The notes: generated by a model not told the origin, from the sequence alone. 64,000 nucleotides of DNA from an uncultured Candidatus Actinomarina sp. (GCA_902622665.1 CACNQV010000005.1:990-64989), one strand, 5' to 3'. Counted from the first letter of the stretch, positions 21,277 through 35,430 are shown. Made by a program: numbers and translations.

Positions 21277-22261
21277 ATTAAATTTCGATAAAGTTTTAGC
21301 TTCTCTAAAATTACGTCTAGATGAAATAGTTGATGAAGCAGAATTTGATGATGTTTTAAAAGAATATACAGGAAAAGATTCATTACTATCTGTTGAAAGA
21401 AAAAAATTATCCACTCTTTCTAAAGAAGACAAAAAAACGTATGGTGAAAAATTAAATAATGTAAATAATTCGATAACTTCAAATATAAAAAAAGCTGAAC
21501 AAGAATTTATTAATAAAAAATATACTTCACTCGAAAACGAAGAGAATGAAGACATAACCATTGATTGGATTACCAGAAGAGGAACTCATAGACATGTTAT
21601 TTCACAAGTTATGGATGAGGTTGTTGAAATTTTTGCATCCATCGGATATAAAGTAGCTTTTGGGCCAGAAGTAGAAACCTCCTGGCACAATTTTGATGCA
21701 CTAAATACTCCAGATTGGCATCCTGCACGATATGAATCTGATACCCTTTACACTGATCATAATTTAGAAACTTTATTACGAACTCAAACTAGCACCGTTC
21801 AAATCAGACATATGGAAAATAATGACCCACCTGTTTATATTGTTGCACCTGGTAGAGTTTTTCGCTCTGATCAACTTGATGCTACACATTCTCCAGTTTT
21901 TCATCAGCTTGAAGGTTTAGCGATTGATAAAAACTTAAAATTTACAGATCTTAAGGGAACATTAGAGTACTTTGTTAAACAATTTTTTGGTGAAAATATT
22001 GAAACTAAGTTTATACCTCATTTTTTTCCATTTACTGAACCTTCTGCAGAAGTTCTTGTTAAGTGGAACAACGGTGAATGGCTTGAGATCTTAGGTTGTG
22101 GAATGGTTGATCCGAATGTATTGGAACATGTAGGTTATTCAAAAGAATATCAAGGATTTGCTTGGGGTGTCGGTATAGAAAGATTAGCTATGCTTAAATA
22201 CCAGATTGATCATATTAAAAACTTTTATGAAAATGATTTGAGATTTTTGGAGCAATTTTAA
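21269..22261 (+). CDS. pheS: phenylalanine--tRNA ligase alpha subunit
   Basis: FRSDQLDATHSPVFHQLEGL, GCGMVDPNVL and GFAWGVGIERLAM motifs. Confidence 0.95.
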   Translation: MAELNFDKVLASLKLRLDEIVDEAEFDDVLKEYTGKDSLLSVERKKLSTLSKEDKKTYGEKLNNVNNSITSNIKKAEQEFINKKYTSLENEENEDITIDWITRRGTHRHVISQVMDEVVEIFASIGYKVAFGPEVETSWHNFDALNTPDWHPARYESDTLYTDHNLETLLRTQTSTVQIRHMENNDPPVYIVAPGRVFRSDQLDATHSPVFHQLEGLAIDKNLKFTDLKGTLEYFVKQFFGENIETKFIPHFFPFTEPSAEVLVKWNNGEWLEILGCGMVDPNVLEHVGYSKEYQGFAWGVGIERLAMLKYQIDHIKNFYENDLRFLEQF

Positions 22262-24633
22262 TGAAAATTTTGAAATCTTGGCTGAATGATTGGATTGATA
22301 TAGAAGATATCAACTCAAATGATATTTCTGAAGCATTAGAGTCACTAGGTTTTGAGATAGAGTCTAAAACAGAGAAAACCCCTAATTATAAAAACATACT
22401 AGTAGGTAAAGTACTAGAGATTTATGAGCACCCTAATGCTGACAAGGTACGGATAACTAAAGTTGACGTGGGATCCAAAACTTATGAAATTGTATGTGGA
22501 GCCTGGAACTTTGATGTTGGTGCTGTTGTTCCTGTAGCTTTGCCTAAAAGCGAAATTAAAGATGGATTTAAAATTAATAAACGTGATATACGTGGAGTTG
22601 AATCTAATGGAATGATTTGTTCAGCTTCAGAATTAGATTTATGGGATGATCATTCAGGAATTTTAAAACTTTCATCAGAAACAAAATTAGGATCTGATTT
22701 TTCTACAATTTACAGTTCAAATGATACTTTATGGGAAATTGGAGTAACACCAAATAGGGGTGACTGCATGTCTCATTTAGGAATTGCAAGGGAACTATCT
22801 AATTATTTTAATTTGTCTCTACAAGAAAATTCTAATGAACTTAAACCTAACATCGAGAATGTAATAAAAGTAAATAGTGGAAGAATAAAAGCTTGTAATT
22901 CCTATCAATCAATAGAAATAGAAAACTTTAAACTAGATGATTCAAATTTAAACATCAGATACAGACTTTCAGCTGTTGGTGTGCGTGTGATAAATAATGT
23001 TGTAGATTACACAAATTATGTTCTTCATGATATCGGACAACCACTTCATGCATTTGATAGAGATAAATTATTTGGAACTATTTCAGTCAGATTTGCTAAA
23101 GATAAAGAAATACTCAAAACCTTAGATGAGCAAGAAAGAAAATTAGATACAAATGATTTGATTATTACTGATGATGATAAGCCCATTGCTCTTGCTGGTG
23201 TCATGGGTGGTTACGATACAGAAGTTACTGACAAAACTAATAATCTTCTTATAGAAAGTGCATACTTCGATAAAGTGTCTGTCATGAAGACATCAAGAAG
23301 ATTAAATCTTATTTCAGATGCCTCTATTAGATTTGAAAGAGGTATTGATTTCAATTTGCAGAAACAAGGTCTGCAAAGATTTGTGAATCTATTTGAAAAT
23401 GAACAAGATATATTTTATTCAAACATTATAGATAGTAGTAAAAATGCAATTACCTATGATGAAGTAAAATTTGAAAAATATGAGATAGAACAAATACTAG
23501 GTGTAGAACTAGATGATGAATTTATAAAGAATACTCTAACAAAACTTAAAATAGAGGCTGAAGTTTCTGACACAGAAATAAGATTTACATCACCTTCGTG
23601 GAGGTATGATTTAGAAAGACCGATAGACCTAATAGAGGAACTTGCAAAGCATTATGGATTTAACAATTTTTCATCAACTCTTCCTATAGGAAATAATTTA
23701 AATTCAAAAGGTGACTACTGGGATAAACGTTTGTACCTTTCAAAAATATTGTCTTCATCAAATTTTTATGAAACACAAACTTTGTCTTTCACTGATTCTT
23801 ATTCTAATGAACTATTTACACCTGAAAAAACATCCGTAAAAGTAATAAACCCTATTGATCGCTCACAAGAATACTTGAGAACAAATTTAATACCATCATT
23901 GATAAATATATATAAATTCAATGTTGAAAACAACAATCACTCAAATAGGTATTACGAAATAAATAATGTATACGACGATTCCAATCATAAAATATTTAAG
24001 GATATTCCAAATCAAGAATACTCTCTTGGTTTACTAATTCCTGAAATCGAAACTGTTGATGATGACAGAGTTAAAACTAAATCTAATGACATTAATTCTT
24101 TAACAAATACTATAAAAAAATTATTTCCACTGTGTGAATTTGAACAACTTTCTAGGCCTGGATTCCACAAAAACTATTCTTACTTAATAAAACTTGAAAA
24201 TAAGATTGTAGGATATATGGGTAAACTTTCATATAAGAATAAATCTGAGATGGAATTAGAACAATCACTCTATATTGCTCAAATCAATACTGAGAATTTT
24301 GAATTTAAACAATTAGAAGATAATATTTATACACCTTTGTCACCTTATCCATATATTAAGTTTGATTTATCTTTTTCTGTTGCACGTGATTTTCAAGCAT
24401 CAGATTTAATTCATTTAATTGAATCTATACTCAAAGAAAATGAAAATAATATTTCTATATTTGATAATTTTACAAATGAGAAAACAAGAAATTTAGGAAT
24501 TAGAATAGTAACAAGAAATTATGATAAAACATATACGGAAGCTGAAAGCACACAAATTTTAGAAATGATAGTAAAAGAAGCTGAAACTAAATTTAAAATT
24601 AAACTTAATAGGAGAGCTGAAAATGCAACCTAG
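22261..24633 (+). CDS. pheT: phenylalanine--tRNA ligase beta subunit
   Basis: N-terminal tRNA-binding domain (GKVLEIYEHPNADKVRITKVDVG) and B3/4 region (LAGVMGG). 790 aa. Confidence 0.93.
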   Translation: MKILKSWLNDWIDIEDINSNDISEALESLGFEIESKTEKTPNYKNILVGKVLEIYEHPNADKVRITKVDVGSKTYEIVCGAWNFDVGAVVPVALPKSEIKDGFKINKRDIRGVESNGMICSASELDLWDDHSGILKLSSETKLGSDFSTIYSSNDTLWEIGVTPNRGDCMSHLGIARELSNYFNLSLQENSNELKPNIENVIKVNSGRIKACNSYQSIEIENFKLDDSNLNIRYRLSAVGVRVINNVVDYTNYVLHDIGQPLHAFDRDKLFGTISVRFAKDKEILKTLDEQERKLDTNDLIITDDDKPIALAGVMGGYDTEVTDKTNNLLIESAYFDKVSVMKTSRRLNLISDASIRFERGIDFNLQKQGLQRFVNLFENEQDIFYSNIIDSSKNAITYDEVKFEKYEIEQILGVELDDEFIKNTLTKLKIEAEVSDTEIRFTSPSWRYDLERPIDLIEELAKHYGFNNFSSTLPIGNNLNSKGDYWDKRLYLSKILSSSNFYETQTLSFTDSYSNELFTPEKTSVKVINPIDRSQEYLRTNLIPSLINIYKFNVENNNHSNRYYEINNVYDDSNHKIFKDIPNQEYSLGLLIPEIETVDDDRVKTKSNDINSLTNTIKKLFPLCEFEQLSRPGFHKNYSYLIKLENKIVGYMGKLSYKNKSEMELEQSLYIAQINTENFEFKQLEDNIYTPLSPYPYIKFDLSFSVARDFQASDLIHLIESILKENENNISIFDNFTNEKTRNLGIRIVTRNYDKTYTEAESTQILEMIVKEAETKFKIKLNRRAENAT

Positions 24634-25195
24634 TGGATTAAATAATAGAGTGTTAAAAACCCTTTCCCAATCTGCTTCTAAAGCTGCAGTAGACTTGCTA
24701 GGAATGAGAATTTCAACATCTATAAATGACAAATTTGTTGAGATAATGATTACTGAAACTGAAGCTTATGGCCGTAAATCTACAGATAAAATGGCTTTAC
24801 TAAACACTTTTAAGAATGTACCAACATCAATAACCCTTGGACCTCCACATATTGCAGTACTAAAATCTTATGGCTCAAATAGAGGTCTATTTCTTCTTTG
24901 CGGAAAAAAAGGTTCGGCTGAAGCTGTTTTAATAAGGTCATCTCTTATACTTCTTGGAAAAAAACATATTGAAAAAAGAAGAAAAACAAAAATGAAATTT
25001 GATAAATTAAATGGACCAGGAAACATTACAAAAAGTTTAGGTATTGATAAGAGTCTTGATGGTGAAAATATTTTATCAGGAGTAATTAATTTATCACCAC
25101 GCATACATCCGCTTGATCAAGCAGTTGCTAAGCAAAGAAAGAACGCAAAAAGAAATGATAAACATCTTTGGCGTTTTTCTTTAATACTAAAATGA
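24623..25195 (+). CDS. mpg: DNA-3-methyladenine glycosylase (Mpg/AAG family)
   Basis: ITETEAYG motif, AVLIRS, and KLNGPGNITKSLGIDKSLDG. Adjacent to tyrS, as in mycobacteria. Confidence 0.7.
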   Translation: MQPSGLNNRVLKTLSQSASKAAVDLLGMRISTSINDKFVEIMITETEAYGRKSTDKMALLNTFKNVPTSITLGPPHIAVLKSYGSNRGLFLLCGKKGSAEAVLIRSSLILLGKKHIEKRRKTKMKFDKLNGPGNITKSLGIDKSLDGENILSGVINLSPRIHPLDQAVAKQRKNAKRNDKHLWRFSLILK

Positions 25196-26364
25196 AATAC
25201 TTACAGGACCGAGCAAGCGCTATTAGTCCAATAGAAGACCTTGATAAATTAATAAAAACTGAAAAATCATTACGGATAAAACTTGGTGTTGATCCAACAG
25301 CACCAGATGTTACTTTAGGATGGTATGCGATACTTCGCGCATTAAGTAAATTTCAAGAGTATGGTCACACGGCCGTCTTAATTTTAGGTGAGTTTACAGC
25401 TCAAGTTGGAGATCCATCTGGGAAATCAGAAACTAGAACAAAATTAGAATCAGACGAAATTAATGAAAATGCTAAGGGTGTATTACCAATTATTAAAAAT
25501 ATTTTAAATAAAGGGAAACTGGAAATTGTTTCAAACAATGACTGGCTATCTAAATTAACGAGTTCTGACTTAGTTAATCTTTCTTCTTCAACTACTTTAG
25601 CTCAAATGCTAGAAAGAGAAGATTTTTCATCTAGATACTCAAACAACTCACCCATATCATTAATGGAATTCTTTTACCCACTTTTTCAAGGATATGATTC
25701 AGTTGCAGTTAAAGCAGATATAGAAATTGGTGGTCATGATCAACTTTGGAATCTTATGTTGGGAAGAGAAGTGCAAAAATTTTATTCTATGAACCCTCAG
25801 GTAGCAATGACATTCCCTCTGTTAGTAGGTACTGATGGAAAAAAGAAAATGTCCCAATCATTAAATAATTATATTTCTATTACTGATACTCCTGAAAATA
25901 TCTATGGGAAAATTATGAGTATTCCTGATGAAATAATGTGGGAATATTTCACAATGCTGACTGATTTGGAATTAGATGAAATCAATGATTTAAAAGACGC
26001 GGTTAATAAAGAAAAAGAAAACCCTTTTGAAGTCAAAAAAAGACTAGGAAATTTTGTAGTAACTGAATTATATGATCATAAATTAGCTAAAACAGCACAA
26101 GAGTCATTTGAAAACATCACAATTAATAAAAATATTCCAGATGAGGTTGATTCATATAAAGCCCCTTTAGAAAAAGAACTGCATCTACCTAAAATATTTA
26201 CTGAATTAGGCATCACAAAATCAAATTCTGAAGCTCGTAGATTAATAAGCGCAGGAAGTTTTAAAGTAAATGATGAAAAATTTACTAATCTTGATGCAAA
26301 AACAGATGATTTAATGGGCAAAACACTTCAACTAGGTAAAAGAAACTTTTTTACATTTATTTAA
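25192..26364 (+). CDS. tyrS: tyrosine--tRNA ligase
   Basis: GVDPTAP motif, KKMSQS (KMSKS-type loop), and a C-terminal S4 domain (EARRLISAGSFKVNDEK). The start is taken at ATG 25192 (ATGA overlap with mpg) rather than the track start at 25168. Confidence 0.9.
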   Translation: MKYLQDRASAISPIEDLDKLIKTEKSLRIKLGVDPTAPDVTLGWYAILRALSKFQEYGHTAVLILGEFTAQVGDPSGKSETRTKLESDEINENAKGVLPIIKNILNKGKLEIVSNNDWLSKLTSSDLVNLSSSTTLAQMLEREDFSSRYSNNSPISLMEFFYPLFQGYDSVAVKADIEIGGHDQLWNLMLGREVQKFYSMNPQVAMTFPLLVGTDGKKKMSQSLNNYISITDTPENIYGKIMSIPDEIMWEYFTMLTDLELDEINDLKDAVNKEKENPFEVKKRLGNFVVTELYDHKLAKTAQESFENITINKNIPDEVDSYKAPLEKELHLPKIFTELGITKSNSEARRLISAGSFKVNDEKFTNLDAKTDDLMGKTLQLGKRNFFTFI

Positions 26365-26378
26365 TTTTTTTCACACAC

Positions 26379-26407
26379 TTAATCAAGGTTCTGTTACTGT
26401 ATATATT
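26379..26407 (+). promoter_or_regulatory. candidate rRNA operon promoter
   Basis: TTAATC, then 17 nt, then TATATT (26402-26407). This is the only spacer between the tyrS stop (26364) and the 5' strand of the 16S processing stem (26420). The -35 is weak. Confidence 0.3.
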
Positions 26408-26419
26408 ACAAAAATAATT

Positions 26420-26446
26420 GGCTTTTTGACAACTGAGTAATGTATG
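26420..26446 (+). promoter_or_regulatory. BoxA-like element and 5' strand of the 16S processing (RNase III-type) stem
   Basis: GGCTTTTTGACAA matches the E. coli boxA TGCTCTTTAACAA at 10/13 positions. CTGAGTAATGTAT (26433-26445) is perfectly complementary to ATACATTACTCAG at 28162-28174, and imperfect pairing extends the stem. Confidence 0.6.
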
Positions 26447-26581
26447 AACGCCGGTAGTGCAGATAGAAATATCTAGCACTCTTTTTTTGTCAACTTTTAA
26501 CTAAGTTGATTCAACTTTTTTAAGTTGAAATGGGTAAAACCCATGTTGATTCTTTGGTCAGATTTAAATTATTCAAAGATT

Positions 26582-28106
<1,525 letters not shown>

Positions 28107-28161
28107 CTAAGGAGCATAGAACTTCGGTTCTAAGGTCAATCGTCGGTTGTCTACAAGACTG

Positions 28162-28188
28162 ATACATTACTCAGCTGTGAAAAAGTCA
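28162..28188 (+). promoter_or_regulatory. 3' strand of the 16S processing stem (in the ITS)
   Basis: ATACATTACTCAGCTGTGAAAAAGTC is complementary to 26421-26445. Confidence 0.6.
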
Positions 28189-28192
28189 AATT

Positions 28193-28220
28193 GGCTTTTT
28201 GAAAATTGTATAGCAAGCGC
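28193..28220 (+). promoter_or_regulatory. second BoxA-like element and 5' strand of the 23S processing stem
   Basis: GGCTTTTTGAAAA repeats the leader motif. AAAATTGTATAGCAAGCGC (28202-28220) pairs at 18/19 positions with 31315-31333. Confidence 0.6.
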
Positions 28221-28240
28221 AATTGCAAAGTATTCATATA

Positions 28241-31298
<3,058 letters not shown>

Positions 31299-31314
31299 TG
31301 AATACCTAGCTTGA

Positions 31315-31333
31315 GCGCTTGCTATAGAATTTT
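31315..31333 (+). promoter_or_regulatory. 3' strand of the 23S processing stem
   Basis: GCGCTTGCTATAGAATTTT is complementary to 28202-28220. Confidence 0.6.
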
Positions 31334-31345
31334 TAAGAAGTAGAT

Positions 31346-31462
<117 letters not shown>

Positions 31463-31475
31463 TTTTAATGAAGAG

Positions 31476-31503
31476 CCCCTAGGTAACTAGGGGTTTTTCT
31501 TTT
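31476..31503 (+). terminator. rRNA operon intrinsic terminator
   Basis: CCCCTAG-GTAA-CTAGGGG hairpin followed by TTTTTCTTTT. It overlaps the last codons and the stop of the convergent CDS 31487..32413. Confidence 0.8.
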
Positions 31504-32413
31504 GTTGAACTAAATAATTCTTAATTCCTTCAATTTGCATCTCAAAATTTACATTAGTTATGTAATTTTTAATCGTTTCTTCATCAATACCTAATATTTT
31601 ATAGTTTGCAACTAACCAATTACTTAATGTTTTAGCAGAGTCAGTTAACGACAAGTTTGGAAGATTTTTAACAAACCCTATCCATGTATCTATACTCTGT
31701 TTTGCGTTTTCTATTAATTCGTAGGGATTTTTATGTATACCAAAGTGGGCAAGAGCTAAATATTCAAGTTCTAAATTTTCCAATTCTTCCAATGTTTTAA
31801 ATAATATTTCTTTATTAAAATCTGGTGGTGGGAGATTGGGTTGAACAAAATCTCCATGCGGATATATTAACCCCAATGTGTCACCCATAAATAGCGTTTT
31901 AGAGACTTCATCATAAAAAGTAAAATGATGCTTTGCATGGCCAGGTCCATATATTGCTTCAAGTTTCCTTCCTTTGCCAAGATCAATTAGCTCTTTATCT
32001 TGCAAAGAATGTAAATTTTTTAATGGAGTTGGCTTAATTTCACCCCAATTAGTTGATAACCACTCCTCTGTATAAACTTTAGAAACTGCGTTCCATAATC
32101 TTTCTGGACTAGGTAAATGCTTTAATCCTAGTTCGTGTATGTATACAAAATGATTTTTATACTTTTCAACTAAATGTCCTACACCTCCAATATGATCTAA
32201 ATGCAAATGTGTCATTGCAGACCTTTTTACTTCACTTATACCCAAAGATTCAAGGCTAGATATAAGGTATGGGAACGAATTTGATGGTCCAACTTCTACC
32301 AATATAGGGTTATTTGAATCAATATAATAACATGACATACGTCCAGGTTTATTTTCCATAAATACATCAATTTGATAAATATTTTCATCAAACTTTTTGA
32401 TGTCCTGTTTCAT
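31487..32413 (-). CDS. MBL-fold metallo-hydrolase
   Basis: THLHLDHIGG (HxHxDH) motif and a downstream GPGHAKHH motif. 308 aa. Confidence 0.8.
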   Translation of the reverse strand: MKQDIKKFDENIYQIDVFMENKPGRMSCYYIDSNNPILVEVGPSNSFPYLISSLESLGISEVKRSAMTHLHLDHIGGVGHLVEKYKNHFVYIHELGLKHLPSPERLWNAVSKVYTEEWLSTNWGEIKPTPLKNLHSLQDKELIDLGKGRKLEAIYGPGHAKHHFTFYDEVSKTLFMGDTLGLIYPHGDFVQPNLPPPDFNKEILFKTLEELENLELEYLALAHFGIHKNPYELIENAKQSIDTWIGFVKNLPNLSLTDSAKTLSNWLVANYKILGIDEETIKNYITNVNFEMQIEGIKNYLVQQKKNP

Positions 32414-32456
32414 ATATATATTTTTGCATATAAAAGTTATAAACTACACTGTTTAG

Positions 32457-33881
32457 ATGAAAGTTTCTATGTCAAGCACTGCGGAATATAGTTCTCAAGC
32501 AGCTGAATCAATCAAAGATTTAAAGCCTAATGCTGCTGATGTATTGATAGCAAGTATTGTAACGTCTATGGTTACAGACTTAGGTGTAGTTGCTCCAACA
32601 TCTTCTGGTCTATTAACATTTTATGACGGAAAGACTAATAATTCACACACAGTAGATGGATATTTCGTATCTCCTAAATATTTTAAAGGCAATGACCACG
32701 AAGAGCATAAAGTCGTGCTGACTTATGGTGGTTATGTAGAAACATGTAAAGGAGCTAATACTTTTGCAATACCTGGAATATATAAAATATTAGATTTTTT
32801 ATATAAAAATTATGCATCACTTCCTTTAGACAAACTATTAGAATTTCCAATTAATATTGCGAAGAATGGATTTAAACTAACTCAACCAACAAAAGACTAC
32901 TTCCAACATTCATTAAAGCCATTGTTTATGTGGCACGATTATTCAAAAAAAATATTAGAAAATATTTCTAATGATTTAAATAATGGAATTGTAAAGCTTA
33001 ATAAGTTAAGTGATTCTCTTGAACACTTAACGAATGAGGGTTTTAATGATTTTTATGTCGGAGATATTGCAAAAGAAATACTTAAAACTATTGTAAATGA
33101 AGGTGGACATGCAACATCTGAAGATTTCACTGATTATAAATTAATAGAAGATAGTAAATTCGAATTTAAATATAAAAATCTAATACTTACAGGTCACTCT
33201 GGTCCTTCAATTGGGGGGCTAATGGTTTTGAAATATATTGAAGAACTAAATAAGGGTACACATATCGAATCATTAATCGATGTCTATAAAAATAGAAAAG
33301 ACAGTTATGAATTTTTTGGTGATAGGAAATCTTTTATAAACAAAGAAATTCTAAATTTAACTAAATCTTCATCTACTATTCAAGTAAATACTTCGGATGA
33401 AATGAATAATCATTTTTCTATAACGTTTTCAAGTGGATATGGGTCAGGTGTGCTATGTAAAAATACTGGTATGTATTTCAACAACTCACTAGGTGAAATA
33501 GAGCTTAATCCACAGGGCTTCTTAGGAGAAACAAAAGGAGATAGACTAATATCAAACATGAGTCCACTAATTATTCAATCTGAAAATGGTATTACAACAA
33601 TTGGTTCCCCAGGTGCTGACAGAATAAGTTCAGCTATTGCACAGGTCTTATTAAATTACTCAAAATCCAATAATTGGAAACAAGCAATAGACCAACCAAG
33701 ATTTCATGCAAATGTTGATGGTACAGTTAGAGCAGAACCTGGTTCATTAGAAATGGATAATGATGTAACTATTACTGATGAATATGATATGTATTTTGGT
33801 GGAGTTTGTGTTTCAGGATTAAACAAAGATATTTTTTCATTTGGTGACAGACGCAGAGGTGATACAAGTTGGAAAAATTGA
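32457..33881 (+). CDS. gamma-glutamyltransferase family protein (no signal peptide)
   Basis: GGT-like core: SSTIQVNTSD...FSITFSSGYGSGVLCKNTGMYFNNSLGE, then GSPGADRISSAIAQVL. Short, at 474 aa. Confidence 0.65.
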   Translation: MKVSMSSTAEYSSQAAESIKDLKPNAADVLIASIVTSMVTDLGVVAPTSSGLLTFYDGKTNNSHTVDGYFVSPKYFKGNDHEEHKVVLTYGGYVETCKGANTFAIPGIYKILDFLYKNYASLPLDKLLEFPINIAKNGFKLTQPTKDYFQHSLKPLFMWHDYSKKILENISNDLNNGIVKLNKLSDSLEHLTNEGFNDFYVGDIAKEILKTIVNEGGHATSEDFTDYKLIEDSKFEFKYKNLILTGHSGPSIGGLMVLKYIEELNKGTHIESLIDVYKNRKDSYEFFGDRKSFINKEILNLTKSSSTIQVNTSDEMNNHFSITFSSGYGSGVLCKNTGMYFNNSLGEIELNPQGFLGETKGDRLISNMSPLIIQSENGITTIGSPGADRISSAIAQVLLNYSKSNNWKQAIDQPRFHANVDGTVRAEPGSLEMDNDVTITDEYDMYFGGVCVSGLNKDIFSFGDRRRGDTSWKN

Positions 33882-34537
33882 AAAAATTACCTTTTAAAGT
33901 TCTTTTTTACTTTGGTTTTACTATAGTTATAATTTTTCTTGGATTATCTTACTGGCAGCTATCAAGTTATTATGAGGATACAAGTAATTTAGAGAGTCTT
34001 ACTAAGTACGAAAATCTACTAAAAATATCAATTCCAGATGTTAATAATTTGTCTGAATTCCAATATGTTCAAATTGATAATAATATTTCCATATTACACA
34101 CTTGGCTTTTAAGATCTAGGGTGCATAATGGACAAAATGGATATAACAGAATAGACCTTATCTCTGATAGTTATAGCAACTATATGGTTGTTAACAGGGG
34201 ATGGGTCCCGCTTAATTTTGATTTAAATTCAATTGATAAGTTTCAAGATTTTAAATATATTGGAAAATTAATGGTTTATGACACCCAGACTGTAGGTCAA
34301 GATGATGTTCCAAAATCAGATTATATATTTAGAATCGATAAGTTATTTATAGAAAATGAAAAAAATATATCGTTACCAAAATTTTACATAACACTTACAG
34401 AAGAATGCGGAAAGAATATTGAGTGTATCAACCTTACGGAACCTTACGATGCGCCACATTTAAGTTATGCTTTTCAATGGTTATTTTTTGCGATATGTCT
34501 AACTATTGTGATTTTGCGAAAAAATAAATTGATATGA
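33869..34537 (+). CDS. SURF1 family protein
   Basis: N-terminal and C-terminal TM helices. C-terminal PHLSYAFQWLFFA motif. Confidence 0.7.
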   Translation: MEKLKKLPFKVLFYFGFTIVIIFLGLSYWQLSSYYEDTSNLESLTKYENLLKISIPDVNNLSEFQYVQIDNNISILHTWLLRSRVHNGQNGYNRIDLISDSYSNYMVVNRGWVPLNFDLNSIDKFQDFKYIGKLMVYDTQTVGQDDVPKSDYIFRIDKLFIENEKNISLPKFYITLTEECGKNIECINLTEPYDAPHLSYAFQWLFFAICLTIVILRKNKLI

Positions 34538-35421
34538 TTAACAAGTTGCAGTTGGATGATTTTGAACTGTCATACACTAGTGAAGGAGAGGGGAGCGATG
34601 TGCTATTTCTCCATGGTTTTCCATCTAATATGTATTTCTGGGAGGATATAAAAAAAGAATTAACTGACAAATTTAGAGTTACAGTTGTTGAGCAAAGAGG
34701 TTACCCTCTTTCATCTATTGAAGAATCCAGAATAAGTGACTTTAATATTGAAAATTTATCTTTAGATATTGAGAAATTAATAAACGAACTACAATTAACA
34801 AATAATCTTATAATTGTCGGACATGATTGGGGATCTATTGTCGCGTGGGCTGTAGCTAGCAGGGGTAATGTATCGGTTGAAAAACTAGTATTAATTTGTG
34901 GTGGTACTGAATTCCCTCCAACTAGTGTTTATGATAATTTAATCTATAGAGATGGTCAGCATTACATAACTACATTTCAGAATCCTGGACTTTCAAATGA
35001 TACTCTTTCTCAGAATCTAGATTTATTCTTTAGATCTGCATACAGAGTAACTCCAAAAATTAATTATGGATTATTAGATCTATCATTGAATAATTTATTT
35101 GCAACACATAATCAAGATAACAAAATTCATAATATTGATATTGATTCATTAGTGAACCATTTTACGAATGGAATGAAACAGTCAATATCTTGGTATTCAA
35201 ACATAGATTATAATATAAAGCTATCTAACAAATGGAGAAGAGTGCATGACATTGAAGTAACTTTTTTATTTGGTGAAAATGACGCAGCTGTAAAATTAAA
35301 TGAAAAAATGCTTAACAGGTTAAAATTATCAGGAAAAAATGTAACAGTCAAAGAGGTTAAAAATGCAGACCATTGGCTACCATTAACACATAAGGAGAGT
35401 GTAATTAGTGAAATTATATAA
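34534..35421 (+). CDS. alpha/beta hydrolase (epoxide hydrolase/haloalkane dehalogenase-like)
   Basis: LFLHGFPSNMYFW and the nucleophile elbow VGHDWGS. C-terminal DHW motif. Confidence 0.8.
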   Translation: MINKLQLDDFELSYTSEGEGSDVLFLHGFPSNMYFWEDIKKELTDKFRVTVVEQRGYPLSSIEESRISDFNIENLSLDIEKLINELQLTNNLIIVGHDWGSIVAWAVASRGNVSVEKLVLICGGTEFPPTSVYDNLIYRDGQHYITTFQNPGLSNDTLSQNLDLFFRSAYRVTPKINYGLLDLSLNNLFATHNQDNKIHNIDIDSLVNHFTNGMKQSISWYSNIDYNIKLSNKWRRVHDIEVTFLFGENDAAVKLNEKMLNRLKLSGKNVTVKEVKNADHWLPLTHKESVISEII

Positions 35422-35430
35422 GCTTAATAT

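Noticed and set aside
28107-28240. Looked for tRNA genes (Ile/Ala) in the 16S-23S spacer.
   Set aside because: The spacer is only about 134 nt and is occupied by the processing-stem strands and the BoxA-like motif. No cloverleaf can be drawn. A tRNA-less ITS is normal for Actinobacteria.
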